DNA of 64,000 nt from an uncultured archaeon (lineage in GTDB: Archaea > Thermoplasmatota > Thermoplasmata > Thermoplasmatales > Thermoplasmataceae): assembly GCA_000965745.1 (NCBI GenBank), contig CP009479.1:2080001-2144000 (forward strand), given 5' to 3'. The first letter of the stretch is position 1, and the number at the start of each line of letters is the position of its first letter. The position numbers and the translations under genes were made by a program. The notes under the pieces are model-generated. The model was given only the letters and a program-made list of their open reading frames with translations, was not told the origin of the DNA and searched no databases. Below are positions 19,090 to 28,908 of the stretch, one piece after another.

Positions 19090-19209
19090 CTGAGCCCGGC
19101 GTGGCGAAAATATAGTTAAAATTATTTATTAAGTAACACTTCCTGTTCTAGAACTGGAACGTAAAGTGTTAACCCACATCAATTCCTGATAAAAAGGTGA
19201 ATATCAAAT

Positions 19210-19650
19210 ATGGCAAGAATGCACACGAGGAAAAAAGGGAAATCCGGCTCAAGAGCCCAATTCTCAACTGAGAACCATACCTGGGTGGAAATGAGCAATG
19301 ATGAGATAAAGGAGACTGTTGTCAAGCTCAAGAATGAGGGGCTTTCCAAATCCCTTATAGGGATAAGGCTCAGGGACCAGTACGGAATACCCAGCACCAA
19401 GGTCATGTTCAACCAGAAGCTTGGTGTCCTGCTTGGGTCAGAGGGTTTGGCTGAAAACATACCAGAAGACCTCAACAACCTGATATCCAGGTACCAGAGA
19501 GTCAAGAGGCACAATCAGCTCAACAGCAAAGATACCGCAAATGCCAGAAACGGTGCCCTCATCATGGCAAAGATCCTGAGGCTTGTAAGGTATTACAAGA
19601 GGAAGGGAGTGCTTCCGGCAGAGTGGAAACTTGGCAGAGTAATCAAATAG
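19210..19650 (+). CDS. rps15: 30S ribosomal protein S15 (uS15/S13e type)
   Basis: MARMHTRKKGKSGS, IGIRLRDQYGIP, IPEDL, RLVRYYK; GGTGA SD at 19196-19200. Confidence 0.98.
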   Translation: MARMHTRKKGKSGSRAQFSTENHTWVEMSNDEIKETVVKLKNEGLSKSLIGIRLRDQYGIPSTKVMFNQKLGVLLGSEGLAENIPEDLNNLISRYQRVKRHNQLNSKDTANARNGALIMAKILRLVRYYKRKGVLPAEWKLGRVIK

Positions 19651-19652
19651 AA

Positions 19653-21011
19653 ATGCTCAGCGAAGTGGTTGACGAGAATTTTCAAGAGGCCCTCACAAGA
19701 GGGTCAAAACTTATTCTTTCGAACGATTATGTAAGAGTGCTGGCACATTATGACGGTGACGGCACGAGCGCTGCCATAATACTTGCAACTGCCCTTGAGA
19801 GAAAAGGAATAAAATACCATCTGGGATACATAAAAAGCCTTGACGGCGATAGCTTCAGGAAACGTCTGGAAGAAGAGAAAGATGTTTTCACGGTTATAGT
19901 GGACGCAGGATCGGATCAGGCCCAGTACATTTCAGATTTCGGGAATGTGGTAATCCTGGATCACCATTTCTACACAAAATCAACCGTCGCCTGCCTCAAC
20001 ATCAATGCACGCGACTATGGCGTTGATGGAACGAGGGAGGCTTGCGGTGCAACAATGGCTTACCTTATGGCGCTGGCCATCGATGAGGACAACAAAGACC
20101 TGCTGCCATTCTTTCTTTCGGGTGTTATAGCAGACAAGCAGGACATTGGCGGTCTTGAAGGCCTGAACAGGAAGATAATGGACGTTTACGGCAAGGGTGC
20201 AACCAGCACCAGGATGCTGAACTTCGAGGGCCAGAATCTTCTGGATTCGATAACATACTCAACAGACCCTTTCTTCCTGGATCTTTCCGGCTATCCCGAA
20301 AATGTCAGGAAATTCCTTTCTGACCTGGGCATAGACCCAGCAAAGAAATTCATTGACGTAACGGAAGACCAGAAACGTGAGCTCGCAGCAAACCTTGCGA
20401 TTAGGATGCTCTCACAGAAAGTGGGAACTGAGGCCCTGAAATACCTGGAGTCGGATATAGTCTCCTTCAAGGGCACAGAGTTCACGTCAAAAGAGATAAG
20501 CAGCATCGTCGACGGAAACAGCAAGATGGGCATGAATTCACTCTCTGTCCAGTATTTCCTTGGTGATGACTCTGTCAAGGAAGAGCTGATTTCAAACTGG
20601 AAAATATTCAAGACAAAACTCATAGACTACATCTATCGCGCACTCAAGGACACGTATAATGAAAGCAATGTCAGGTACTTCTATGCCCCCGAATCTGAAA
20701 TGGCGGGCTCAATAAGTGGGATAATGATGCTGTACCTTCTGGACCAGGAAAAGCCGCTAGTTGGATTCAGTGTCAATACCGAGAACACCAAGGTTTCGGG
20801 GAGGGGTACGCGAAAAATGGTTGCCAAAGGTCTGAACCTCTCCGTGATCATGAAGGAGTGCAGCCGCGAAGTAGGCGGAAACGGCGGAGGGCATGATATT
20901 GCAGCAGGTGCCGTTATTCCAAGAGGTTCTGAGAAGCAGTTTGTCACTCTGGTAAACAAAATGGTAGGCGAACAGCTAACTGGAACGAAAGTGCAAACAA
21001 AAAAGATATAA
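19653..21011 (+). CDS. DHH/DHHA1 phosphoesterase, RecJ/Cdc45 (GAN/HAN)-like
   Basis: HYDGDG, DAGS, DHH, GGGHDIAAG; follows rps15 as in many Euryarchaeota. Confidence 0.9.
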   Translation: MLSEVVDENFQEALTRGSKLILSNDYVRVLAHYDGDGTSAAIILATALERKGIKYHLGYIKSLDGDSFRKRLEEEKDVFTVIVDAGSDQAQYISDFGNVVILDHHFYTKSTVACLNINARDYGVDGTREACGATMAYLMALAIDEDNKDLLPFFLSGVIADKQDIGGLEGLNRKIMDVYGKGATSTRMLNFEGQNLLDSITYSTDPFFLDLSGYPENVRKFLSDLGIDPAKKFIDVTEDQKRELAANLAIRMLSQKVGTEALKYLESDIVSFKGTEFTSKEISSIVDGNSKMGMNSLSVQYFLGDDSVKEELISNWKIFKTKLIDYIYRALKDTYNESNVRYFYAPESEMAGSISGIMMLYLLDQEKPLVGFSVNTENTKVSGRGTRKMVAKGLNLSVIMKECSREVGGNGGGHDIAAGAVIPRGSEKQFVTLVNKMVGEQLTGTKVQTKKI

Positions 21012-21034
21012 AGTAACAACTTATTTCAACTTGA

Positions 21035-21679
21035 ATGAGCCGTATAGGCATATTTACACTTGACTTCAAGTTCTACCACGATGTTATTAAAGACCTGAGA
21101 AGCTGGAATCTGCCTTTTACAAGCATTGAGTCACCCGACAATGTTCCCCGGGACGTTTCTGTTATTCTGAGTTCAGTGAATGATGAATATGACCTTCCTA
21201 ACCAGATAAAGGCCGAAAACCCGACAAGCGGAATAAGAATGGCTCTGCCGAGACTGATGAACAAGACCCAGTTCAAGAGCCTGGTCATAGGGATAGACCC
21301 CGGCCCAAAGCCGGGAATCGCAGTCCTTGCCGACGGAGTTCTCCTGGAAGCTTATGAATGCTCAAGCACGAGAAAGGTGAGAAAGGAAGTGCACGACATC
21401 TCCTCCGGATACTTTTACAGGGAGATCATGGTCAAGATTGGGGATGGGGACGCCCCCAACAGGAATGAGATCATAAAATCAATTGAGAAACTGGGTATAT
21501 CGATTCTTGTGGTTGACGAGAAGAACACGAGCACACCGCATAAGGTTCACGACAATGCCCTTTCTGCTGCCAGAATTGCCCAGTTGAACGGTGTATTTGA
21601 TGTAAAGTTCAATGAGAAATTCAGCAGAAAAACGGTTTATGAAAAAGAATTCACGACGCTTCTTAGCGTCATCAGGTAA
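21035..21679 (+). CDS. Conserved archaeal protein with an RNase H-like (YqgF/RuvC-like) domain
   Basis: VIGIDPGPKPGIAV, KIGDG, VVDEKNTS, DNALSAARIA. Confidence 0.65.
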   Translation: MSRIGIFTLDFKFYHDVIKDLRSWNLPFTSIESPDNVPRDVSVILSSVNDEYDLPNQIKAENPTSGIRMALPRLMNKTQFKSLVIGIDPGPKPGIAVLADGVLLEAYECSSTRKVRKEVHDISSGYFYREIMVKIGDGDAPNRNEIIKSIEKLGISILVVDEKNTSTPHKVHDNALSAARIAQLNGVFDVKFNEKFSRKTVYEKEFTTLLSVIR

Positions 21680-21692
21680 TTTTAAGATCCTG

Positions 21693-22475
21693 TTACTTTC
21701 TCCATTTGGGCCTTCTCTCGCCGACTCTGGGTCTTCTTCCGGCACCCATTGCCATGACAAACATGAATACTCCAACTACTGCGACTATGTAGTATATCCA
21801 GTTGTAGTTAGGCGGCTGGCCATAATAGAAATGAGTCGTTGCAGAATTGCCCCCTCCGTTTATTGAAAGCATTGTGTTGTTGACTTCGGCCTTCAATGTG
21901 TGGTCACCATTTGTAATGTAAGGTGCAAGCCAGGTATAGTTGACGATGACTGTCTGGCCGGGGCCTACCGCGGCTACGGTCTTGCTGGCAATATAGGTGT
22001 TGTCAACATAGAAGTTCACCGTGACATTATACATTGAAACAGTGTTCTTGTTGGTTATAGCTGCGTGAAGGTATATCGGCTGTATCACGTTCACCACATA
22101 TGTTGAACTGGACCTGTGTACCCCTGATGATGAAGATGCTGTTGTTTTTACAAGGAATGTCAACTGCTGGCTCTCCTGAGGTGCTTTTATCTTCACGCTG
22201 AAATCCGGGTTTGACACCGAGAAGTTGTGGTAGGTGTTTGTTGGAGAAAACCCGGTCATGTTCTCTCCCGAAAAGTAGACTGTAACAGTGTAGTTGCTGA
22301 ATCCGTATGTGTTATTCACGTACATTGTGAAGGTCTGGCCGCCGTATACGTAAAACGGGACGTTGACCTGGGTATTGTATACGCTATTGGAAGTTGGTGC
22401 AGCAGATGCCACTGCCGCGACTGATCCCGATGAAACCAATAATAGGATTAGTGAGAGTATTAGTGCCTTTTTCAT
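21693..22475 (-). CDS. Membrane-anchored surface glycoprotein with a CARDB/Ig-like domain
   Basis: Signal peptide, beta-rich body with many NxS/T sequons, C-terminal TM and basic tail; TAATG-coupled to aglB. Confidence 0.8.
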   Translation of the reverse strand: MKKALILSLILLLVSSGSVAAVASAAPTSNSVYNTQVNVPFYVYGGQTFTMYVNNTYGFSNYTVTVYFSGENMTGFSPTNTYHNFSVSNPDFSVKIKAPQESQQLTFLVKTTASSSSGVHRSSSTYVVNVIQPIYLHAAITNKNTVSMYNVTVNFYVDNTYIASKTVAAVGPGQTVIVNYTWLAPYITNGDHTLKAEVNNTMLSINGGGNSATTHFYYGQPPNYNWIYYIVAVVGVFMFVMAMGAGRRPRVGERRPKWRK

Positions 22476-25400
22476 TATCTTTTACCCCTGTTCCTTGATC
22501 TGACTCCTGAAGCAATCAGGCCAGCGACTACTATCACCGCTATCATTATAAGGCCTATCTCAAGGCTTCCGAAAGGATTTCCGGTGTAATTGCTCATGAT
22601 TCCCTGCCCTTTTGGGTATGGAGATAGAGAGGATATTACAGGCACAGAAGAGGATACAGTTACCTTGTGATTTACAGCCGTCGAGTTGAAGTATGTGTCA
22701 AAGGATACTGCCTGGGCCTGGCCACTGCCTGTTGGCGTCATGACTACAAATACAGTAATACTTGTGTTGTAGGGTATTGTGACGCTGTTTCCCACCTGTG
22801 AGGCTGCATAGAAGGTAGCTTTCCAGTTATATTCCGAGAGTGTGGTAAGGGAACTCTGCGGGATGGAGAAATTTACCTTTATTGCCTCATTCCCTGTATT
22901 CTTCAATACAACTGGAACCCAGACCTTGGTGCCGTTGGGGATTGCCAGGCTAGCTGTCTGTGAAGCACTGAAACCAGATACGCCGACAACGTTCGCATTG
23001 ATGTACCCATTCGTTGTCTGGCCGTTGTATGAAAGCACCACAGGTATCCGGTTAAGTCCGGCAGGTGGGTTGTGCTGCCCTGTAACATTAACGGAGACAT
23101 TCATTATCTGGCCGGGTTGTATTTCCATAGAAGTTCTGTTGAAAACCATGGACCACTGCCCTGAACCGGATGAAAGTGTCACGTTTACTGCGCTGTTTCC
23201 GGAATTGAGTATGCTTACCCCGGCGTCGAACGTCCCGTTACCCCCGATATTTGGAGTCTGGGTTGTCTGGGTGATTACAAAGCTGTATACTTCTGATTTT
23301 TCAAGAGTTACAGTCACATAGCTGTTTTTGTGGATATAAGCAGTATAGTTGGTTCCGTAAGTCACCTGTATTGTCGTCCCATTGTATATGGCCTGAGATT
23401 CGGTCTGGCTCGCAGAGAAGGTGAAATTGCCAATCGGCAGCAGGAATGGTCCCGCAGTGGAATTCACCAGAAGCTTCTGGGAACCAATCGATATCGTGAC
23501 ATTTGTTTGAAGCAACTGTGTTTTCAGGTTTACAGACACATATGTCTTGTACCCGTTTTCCATGGAAATGTTGTATTCGTTATAACCAGAGAAGGGCTTG
23601 ACGGTCTCGCTTGCGAAATATGCCTGTGACGACTGGTTATTTATAGCGTAAACCGTGTAGGTTCCATGAGGCACGGTGATGTTGAAGTACCCTGTAGAGT
23701 TGGTTCTCGCTTGATCCGCAACTTTTCCTTCAGAGTTAAGCAGCATTACCAGAGTGTATGGGGAGGGTTGTCCGCCGAATGTGGCCTTTCCATAGATTCC
23801 CGTATAAGCTTCCGTGGAGGAAACACTCACGTTGAGATTCCTGTTTGCCGTAAGAGACAGTGAAGAACTGCCTGAAAGATAGTATGACCCCGTGCTGTTT
23901 GAATACATGTTCTTGTAATAAACCTGATAATCAGTTGCGGTAAGGATCCACGCCCCCTTTGTAAGATTTACCACCATATTTCCAGTCTTGACCAGGTAAT
24001 ATCCCCCACTGAGTGAAAGTGAGTTTGTCAGGTTGAGTTGGTAGCCCTGCTGGTAATTGAATGCAAGATCCCTGTTGCCGGTTATGTTGACCAGGTCCTG
24101 ATAGACTTTCGAACCATTTGTTGCATAAACAGTATACACTCCAAGAAGCACCCTGGAATTGTCAGCAACATGTTGCCCTGCTGAATTGAATAGCGAAATG
24201 CTCGCTGCCCCATTGACGGACACGGCGGCATACTGCTTGACCGGCGAAACGTATGTGTTTCCTGCGGTTGTCACAATGTACACTGGATTGGCAGGAGCCG
24301 CCTGCAACGTGGTTGAGGTGATCTTGCCGTAGTATATTCCGGGAACTATGTTCCCTGATGCATAATTGTTGCTGATAGTCAGGTTATAGTCACGCGTGCC
24401 GTAAAGCTGGAGGACTCCGTTGACAACCGGATTGCCAGGGGCAGTTGCAAAGGATATGTGCAATGGGCTGTTGTTCGGTGTGACCGGAAGATACAGGGAA
24501 CTCCCGGTGACACCGGACTGCGGCGCCGAATAGAATGGGGAAGCGTATGTTACATAGAACTGAGACGCATTGTTCTGCACGTAATCCAGCTGAGCGTAAC
24601 CCTGCTTTCCAACAGTCGTGTACATTACTGGTATATTGGACTGATAGAGTGTCAATATCCCGGTATCAACTGCTGACTGTGCATTATAGCCACCTGCTAC
24701 TGCCTTGTTGTATACGAACACCGAGGTATCCTGGTTTATGGCAAGGGTCAGATTAACTGTCTGGTTTGACGCAAGGTAAACGTGCCTGAACGCGGAGTAG
24801 GGATTCCCGAGATATGATGAAACACCCGCAATGCTATAGCTCTGTGCTGGAAGAGCCACAGTTGCTGTTACCTGCCTGGTGAAGTTGAACTGGAGCATTC
24901 CGTCGGAGCTCAAGACCTGGTAGAATCCCCGATACAGGTTTACGTTCTTCAACGTTGAGCCAATTGAAAGGTAGCTTGCTTTCTGCAGAGTCATGTTCTC
25001 CCAGATCTGCGAGGTAAGTGTGAAAGTACTTAAAGCAACCGAACCGCCTGATTGAACGTATTCAGTATAAGTGCCATACGGCAGCCTTTCACTGTAGAAT
25101 CCGTTGGCGGTTGTTTTTACCTCGTAGTACTGGCTGTAGATGCCGTTTTCCATGAACTTGACTGTTGTTCCAGCCGCAGCACCCTTGACCTGACCGTTCA
25201 CTGTGGCTGATACTTTTGGTGTAAGATTCAACGATGTGTTCATGCCCCAAGCATTGAACGTGATGTGAGAAAGGGCACTAACAGAATTGTTGTTGTATGC
25301 ATACAGTGTGTAATTTCCGGGTGTAACCCATAAAATTGCCTGTCCTGTGCTGTTTGTCACATTCTCTGTTACCATGCCCGATGATCCTTCGGCTTTGACC

Positions 25401-28400
25401 GTGTAATCCGGCAGTTTCGATCCGCCAGCGCCTGTTACATTAAGGAACAGCGTGTTGAAGTGCACAAAGATGTCATTTACCTGTGACGCACCGTTTGAGA
25501 TGTTCACATAAGAGACATTTGTGTACAGCTTGCCTCCATCGATAACCGAAGCCTCATAGGACAGTGGAAGAAGGTTATTTGCAGAGTACTGCCCGTTTTG
25601 TATCTTAAGTGAATACGACACATTGAAGGTTTGGTTGTGCAGCTCCACTGACCCGGACTGCACCAGGGGCTGGGAGAACACTTTTACGTTCTTCTGTTCG
25701 GTCGTGTTCTGGAATTCGTTTCTAACATAACCAGAAACGCTGTTGTTCTTAAGCACGTAGTTCTTTTCTATCACATAGCTTGGAAGGCCTGTCGTCTGAT
25801 TATAGCCTGTAACAACCCTGTTTGCCTGGTTCTCACTAACCTTCACTTTTATGTCGGTTATCGACGTCTTGCCGAGCATGAACAGGCTGTTGAATGAGCC
25901 TGTAGTAATTGCGACAGTGTCGTTACCGGGCAGTCCAACGAGACTGTAGTACCCATTCTTGTTTGTTACTGTGGTCTGGTGAGGTATTCCATACTGATCG
26001 AAGACAGTTACCCTCATCCCGGGGGCAGGCTGTCCGTTAGGCAGGGTGATCTTGCCGGTTATGTTTGCTCCGGGGTAGTATGAGACTATTGGGGTTCCAC
26101 CCGATAGCAACTGGTTTGGAGGTGGAAATATTTCTGCGACCCCTTTCCCTTCCTGCCTGTATGTGTAGGCCTGCTGGAGAGGTATGAGTTTCCAGGCATT
26201 CGGATGTGCCTGATAATTGGAATACGGGTTCCATGGAATGCCCTCATATGTGACTACAAAGTGGCTCATGTTCCATGCCGGCATGACCTGGTATTTTGAC
26301 TGGCCGAACGTTACTCCCGGTATACCGTTCACCCCGCCCGCCACGTTGGGGGAATATCCCATGGTGAGCCTGTAAATGCTAGTGTTGTAGAACTGAGGAG
26401 TGTAAACGATACTGTAGTTGAGTGGCTGGAGACCCGGAGGTAGCTGGTTAAGCGGGAAGGTTCCATTTGCAGTTTGTGCGTATATCTGGTAGTAATTGGT
26501 CGGAACAATCTGCCCCGATGCTGATGCGTATGAAGGGGTATCAGTAAGGTAAGCTGGAGCATAGAAAATCCCAGTGTTCTGGCCGGATAGCGGGAAAAGC
26601 TGTCCGCTGTCTATCTGGATATATTTTATTGAGTTTCCTGTATCAGCTTCCAGCGCACTGTACGCGTTGACTATTGTTGAAAGCGGATACTTGGATGCCA
26701 GTTGCCCCTTAACAAGTGCATAATATGCATTTGCGTTTGAAATGCCCTTTATGAAGCTGCCATAAACCGATGAGTTGTCCGAAATCCAGGTTTTGTACTG
26801 GGCAGGATTCTTTATTATATTATTAATGAGCAATTCCTCCTGGTGACCGAAATACAGCGACATGGTCTTATTTACGCCTGTGGTGAAGGAATTGCCGTTG
26901 TGGTTATAATCTGCCTGGATAACTCTGGAGATGAAAAGTGATACGATCTGGCTCTGATTCTGTGCAAGAAGTATCTGCCCTGCTACTTGGTAACCTTGCT
27001 GGAAATCATCCGCGACTGCAGGATGCTGTCCCTGATATATCTCCTGGAAACCGTAATCCCACCATGAAACATAAGCGGGCCGTTGGTTCTGAGGTATATT
27101 TGTGTCTTGTGTGGAAAGCCATTGCAAGGACTTTGATAGCGGCTGGGACGTATTCACGATATAAAATCCGGACCCGCCGACAAACTGTGGCCCCTGTGAA
27201 GTATTGCCGAACCTCAGGGCTGGAGGGATTGTTTTGATTATCTGACTGTCAACTGATGTTGCAGTGTTTGCTGGCACTGCCGCAGAAACCATTGCAAAAC
27301 CGGCAGGTATGATCATCAGGAGCACGATAAGAACGGATGTCAAAGCGTGCATCCAGTTAATATTTCCTTTTATGGACTTGGTAACCGAGACCTGTGTGCT
27401 GACCCTTCTTTTCTTGATTTCGGTAAACTTGGAAGTTTCAGCGAAGTAAACGAGGACTCCTGCCCCAAGTGCTGCATAAGCCGGAGCTGCAGTGATGTTG
27501 AACCTTGCAGCTGCGAAGCTCATATAGATCGATACAATCGAGAAAACCAGCAGGAACAGATGAGATTCTTTCTTGTCCTTGAAGTACCTGTATATGATGA
27601 AGCCGACCCCTGCCATCCCAAGGATGAACTGGGCAGCCCCGAATCCGCTGATGTATTGTCCAAGCTGAGGTGCCTGTGCCTCACCAATCGTGGTATACAG
27701 ACGACTTTTTACGAAGTATCCCTGCCCGGATATAATTTCATGGAGTATTCCCGGTGCGAGCTGTCCGATAACAACAAGCCCGATGATGGCCACTACTACG
27801 ATTGAAGGGATTGTTATGATCCACGGCCTTCTTCCAAAAATGTTGAATACCAGTGCGAGGCTTATCACGATAAGACCCATGTAGAGGGGGTCGAGGAGCC
27901 ACAGATGGAAATATCCGTAGCCCAGCGCGTAATACGGGTATGCCCCAACGAGAAATCCGAACAGGATGAATATTATTGTGAGGTATGTCAGATGACCGGT
28001 CGGGACTTTCATTATAATATTTATGACCAGCTGGACAACTACATAGAGCAGTATGATTACCTCGATGTATGGATACCCCTGCCACGAAAGGATAAGCCCC
28101 CCTAGCGATGTTGCGCTTAACAGTGCATATATCGTGGCCAGCCTGTTCCGCCTCATGTATTCAACAAGAGAAGGAATGTAACTCCTGATTCCATAGAGAT
28201 TTTCAATTACTCTTGTCTTGGATATTGTGCCTATTCCTCTCTGGAAGAAATAAACTGCAAAGAATGCAAATAGCAACTCTGGAGTGTGCATCCTTCCGTC
28301 TGTCAGTATTCCCGCAGACAGGTTGCTGGGCATTAATGTGTAGAGGGTTGCTGCTATTATTCCCGCCTTCTTGCCGAAAACCTCGTTGGTTATGAGGTAA

Positions 28401-28804
28401 ACTGGTATGATAAGAAGTGCTCCGAACAGCGCATCAAGCTCATTGAAGAAGTAGTATGCGCCAAGGTTAACACCGCCCACTGCCGGGGATATGAGCACAG
28501 CTATAAGCACTGTGAACCAGTGGAAGAAAGGTGGCCTGGGGTTGTTTGCCCCAATCGGATAATTAAGAGAAGGATCGAATAGCAACTGGTGGTGGTATGT
28601 CAGAATATATTCAATTACCCTGTAATTGTAATATGGGTCACTTCCTCCTGAGGTGTTGAAGGCGAGTCCGACCCATGCCTGGTCCCATGCAAAGAAGTTT
28701 GAGATAAATACATAGAAACTCACCAATATTAATAGAGCGGTAAACTCTGGGCGAGTTCTGAAAACTGAAAGCTTAGATTCACGGTGTTCGCCTGTTTGAT
28801 CCAT
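22475..28804 (-). CDS. aglB: Oligosaccharyltransferase AglB/STT3 with a very long C-terminal beta-sandwich extension
   Basis: GSDPYYNYR, LNYPIG..NPRPP, TIGEAQ, SWWDYG, ADDFQQG; multi-TM N-terminal part; C-terminal TM. Confidence 0.92.
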   Translation of the reverse strand: MDQTGEHRESKLSVFRTRPEFTALLILVSFYVFISNFFAWDQAWVGLAFNTSGGSDPYYNYRVIEYILTYHHQLLFDPSLNYPIGANNPRPPFFHWFTVLIAVLISPAVGGVNLGAYYFFNELDALFGALLIIPVYLITNEVFGKKAGIIAATLYTLMPSNLSAGILTDGRMHTPELLFAFFAVYFFQRGIGTISKTRVIENLYGIRSYIPSLVEYMRRNRLATIYALLSATSLGGLILSWQGYPYIEVIILLYVVVQLVINIIMKVPTGHLTYLTIIFILFGFLVGAYPYYALGYGYFHLWLLDPLYMGLIVISLALVFNIFGRRPWIITIPSIVVVAIIGLVVIGQLAPGILHEIISGQGYFVKSRLYTTIGEAQAPQLGQYISGFGAAQFILGMAGVGFIIYRYFKDKKESHLFLLVFSIVSIYMSFAAARFNITAAPAYAALGAGVLVYFAETSKFTEIKKRRVSTQVSVTKSIKGNINWMHALTSVLIVLLMIIPAGFAMVSAAVPANTATSVDSQIIKTIPPALRFGNTSQGPQFVGGSGFYIVNTSQPLSKSLQWLSTQDTNIPQNQRPAYVSWWDYGFQEIYQGQHPAVADDFQQGYQVAGQILLAQNQSQIVSLFISRVIQADYNHNGNSFTTGVNKTMSLYFGHQEELLINNIIKNPAQYKTWISDNSSVYGSFIKGISNANAYYALVKGQLASKYPLSTIVNAYSALEADTGNSIKYIQIDSGQLFPLSGQNTGIFYAPAYLTDTPSYASASGQIVPTNYYQIYAQTANGTFPLNQLPPGLQPLNYSIVYTPQFYNTSIYRLTMGYSPNVAGGVNGIPGVTFGQSKYQVMPAWNMSHFVVTYEGIPWNPYSNYQAHPNAWKLIPLQQAYTYRQEGKGVAEIFPPPNQLLSGGTPIVSYYPGANITGKITLPNGQPAPGMRVTVFDQYGIPHQTTVTNKNGYYSLVGLPGNDTVAITTGSFNSLFMLGKTSITDIKVKVSENQANRVVTGYNQTTGLPSYVIEKNYVLKNNSVSGYVRNEFQNTTEQKNVKVFSQPLVQSGSVELHNQTFNVSYSLKIQNGQYSANNLLPLSYEASVIDGGKLYTNVSYVNISNGASQVNDIFVHFNTLFLNVTGAGGSKLPDYTVKAEGSSGMVTENVTNSTGQAILWVTPGNYTLYAYNNNSVSALSHITFNAWGMNTSLNLTPKVSATVNGQVKGAAAGTTVKFMENGIYSQYYEVKTTANGFYSERLPYGTYTEYVQSGGSVALSTFTLTSQIWENMTLQKASYLSIGSTLKNVNLYRGFYQVLSSDGMLQFNFTRQVTATVALPAQSYSIAGVSSYLGNPYSAFRHVYLASNQTVNLTLAINQDTSVFVYNKAVAGGYNAQSAVDTGILTLYQSNIPVMYTTVGKQGYAQLDYVQNNASQFYVTYASPFYSAPQSGVTGSSLYLPVTPNNSPLHISFATAPGNPVVNGVLQLYGTRDYNLTISNNYASGNIVPGIYYGKITSTTLQAAPANPVYIVTTAGNTYVSPVKQYAAVSVNGAASISLFNSAGQHVADNSRVLLGVYTVYATNGSKVYQDLVNITGNRDLAFNYQQGYQLNLTNSLSLSGGYYLVKTGNMVVNLTKGAWILTATDYQVYYKNMYSNSTGSYYLSGSSSLSLTANRNLNVSVSSTEAYTGIYGKATFGGQPSPYTLVMLLNSEGKVADQARTNSTGYFNITVPHGTYTVYAINNQSSQAYFASETVKPFSGYNEYNISMENGYKTYVSVNLKTQLLQTNVTISIGSQKLLVNSTAGPFLLPIGNFTFSASQTESQAIYNGTTIQVTYGTNYTAYIHKNSYVTVTLEKSEVYSFVITQTTQTPNIGGNGTFDAGVSILNSGNSAVNVTLSSGSGQWSMVFNRTSMEIQPGQIMNVSVNVTGQHNPPAGLNRIPVVLSYNGQTTNGYINANVVGVSGFSASQTASLAIPNGTKVWVPVVLKNTGNEAIKVNFSIPQSSLTTLSEYNWKATFYAASQVGNSVTIPYNTSITVFVVMTPTGSGQAQAVSFDTYFNSTAVNHKVTVSSSVPVISSLSPYPKGQGIMSNYTGNPFGSLEIGLIMIAVIVVAGLIASGVRSRNRGKR

Positions 28805-28908
28805 CAGTATACTACCTAGGGTGCTCTAATAGAATCTTCATATAAAAAGCTAATTTGAAAGAAAGAGCATAGTATGCTCCGGTGCAGATTTCGCACCGGC
28901 TGTATGGA

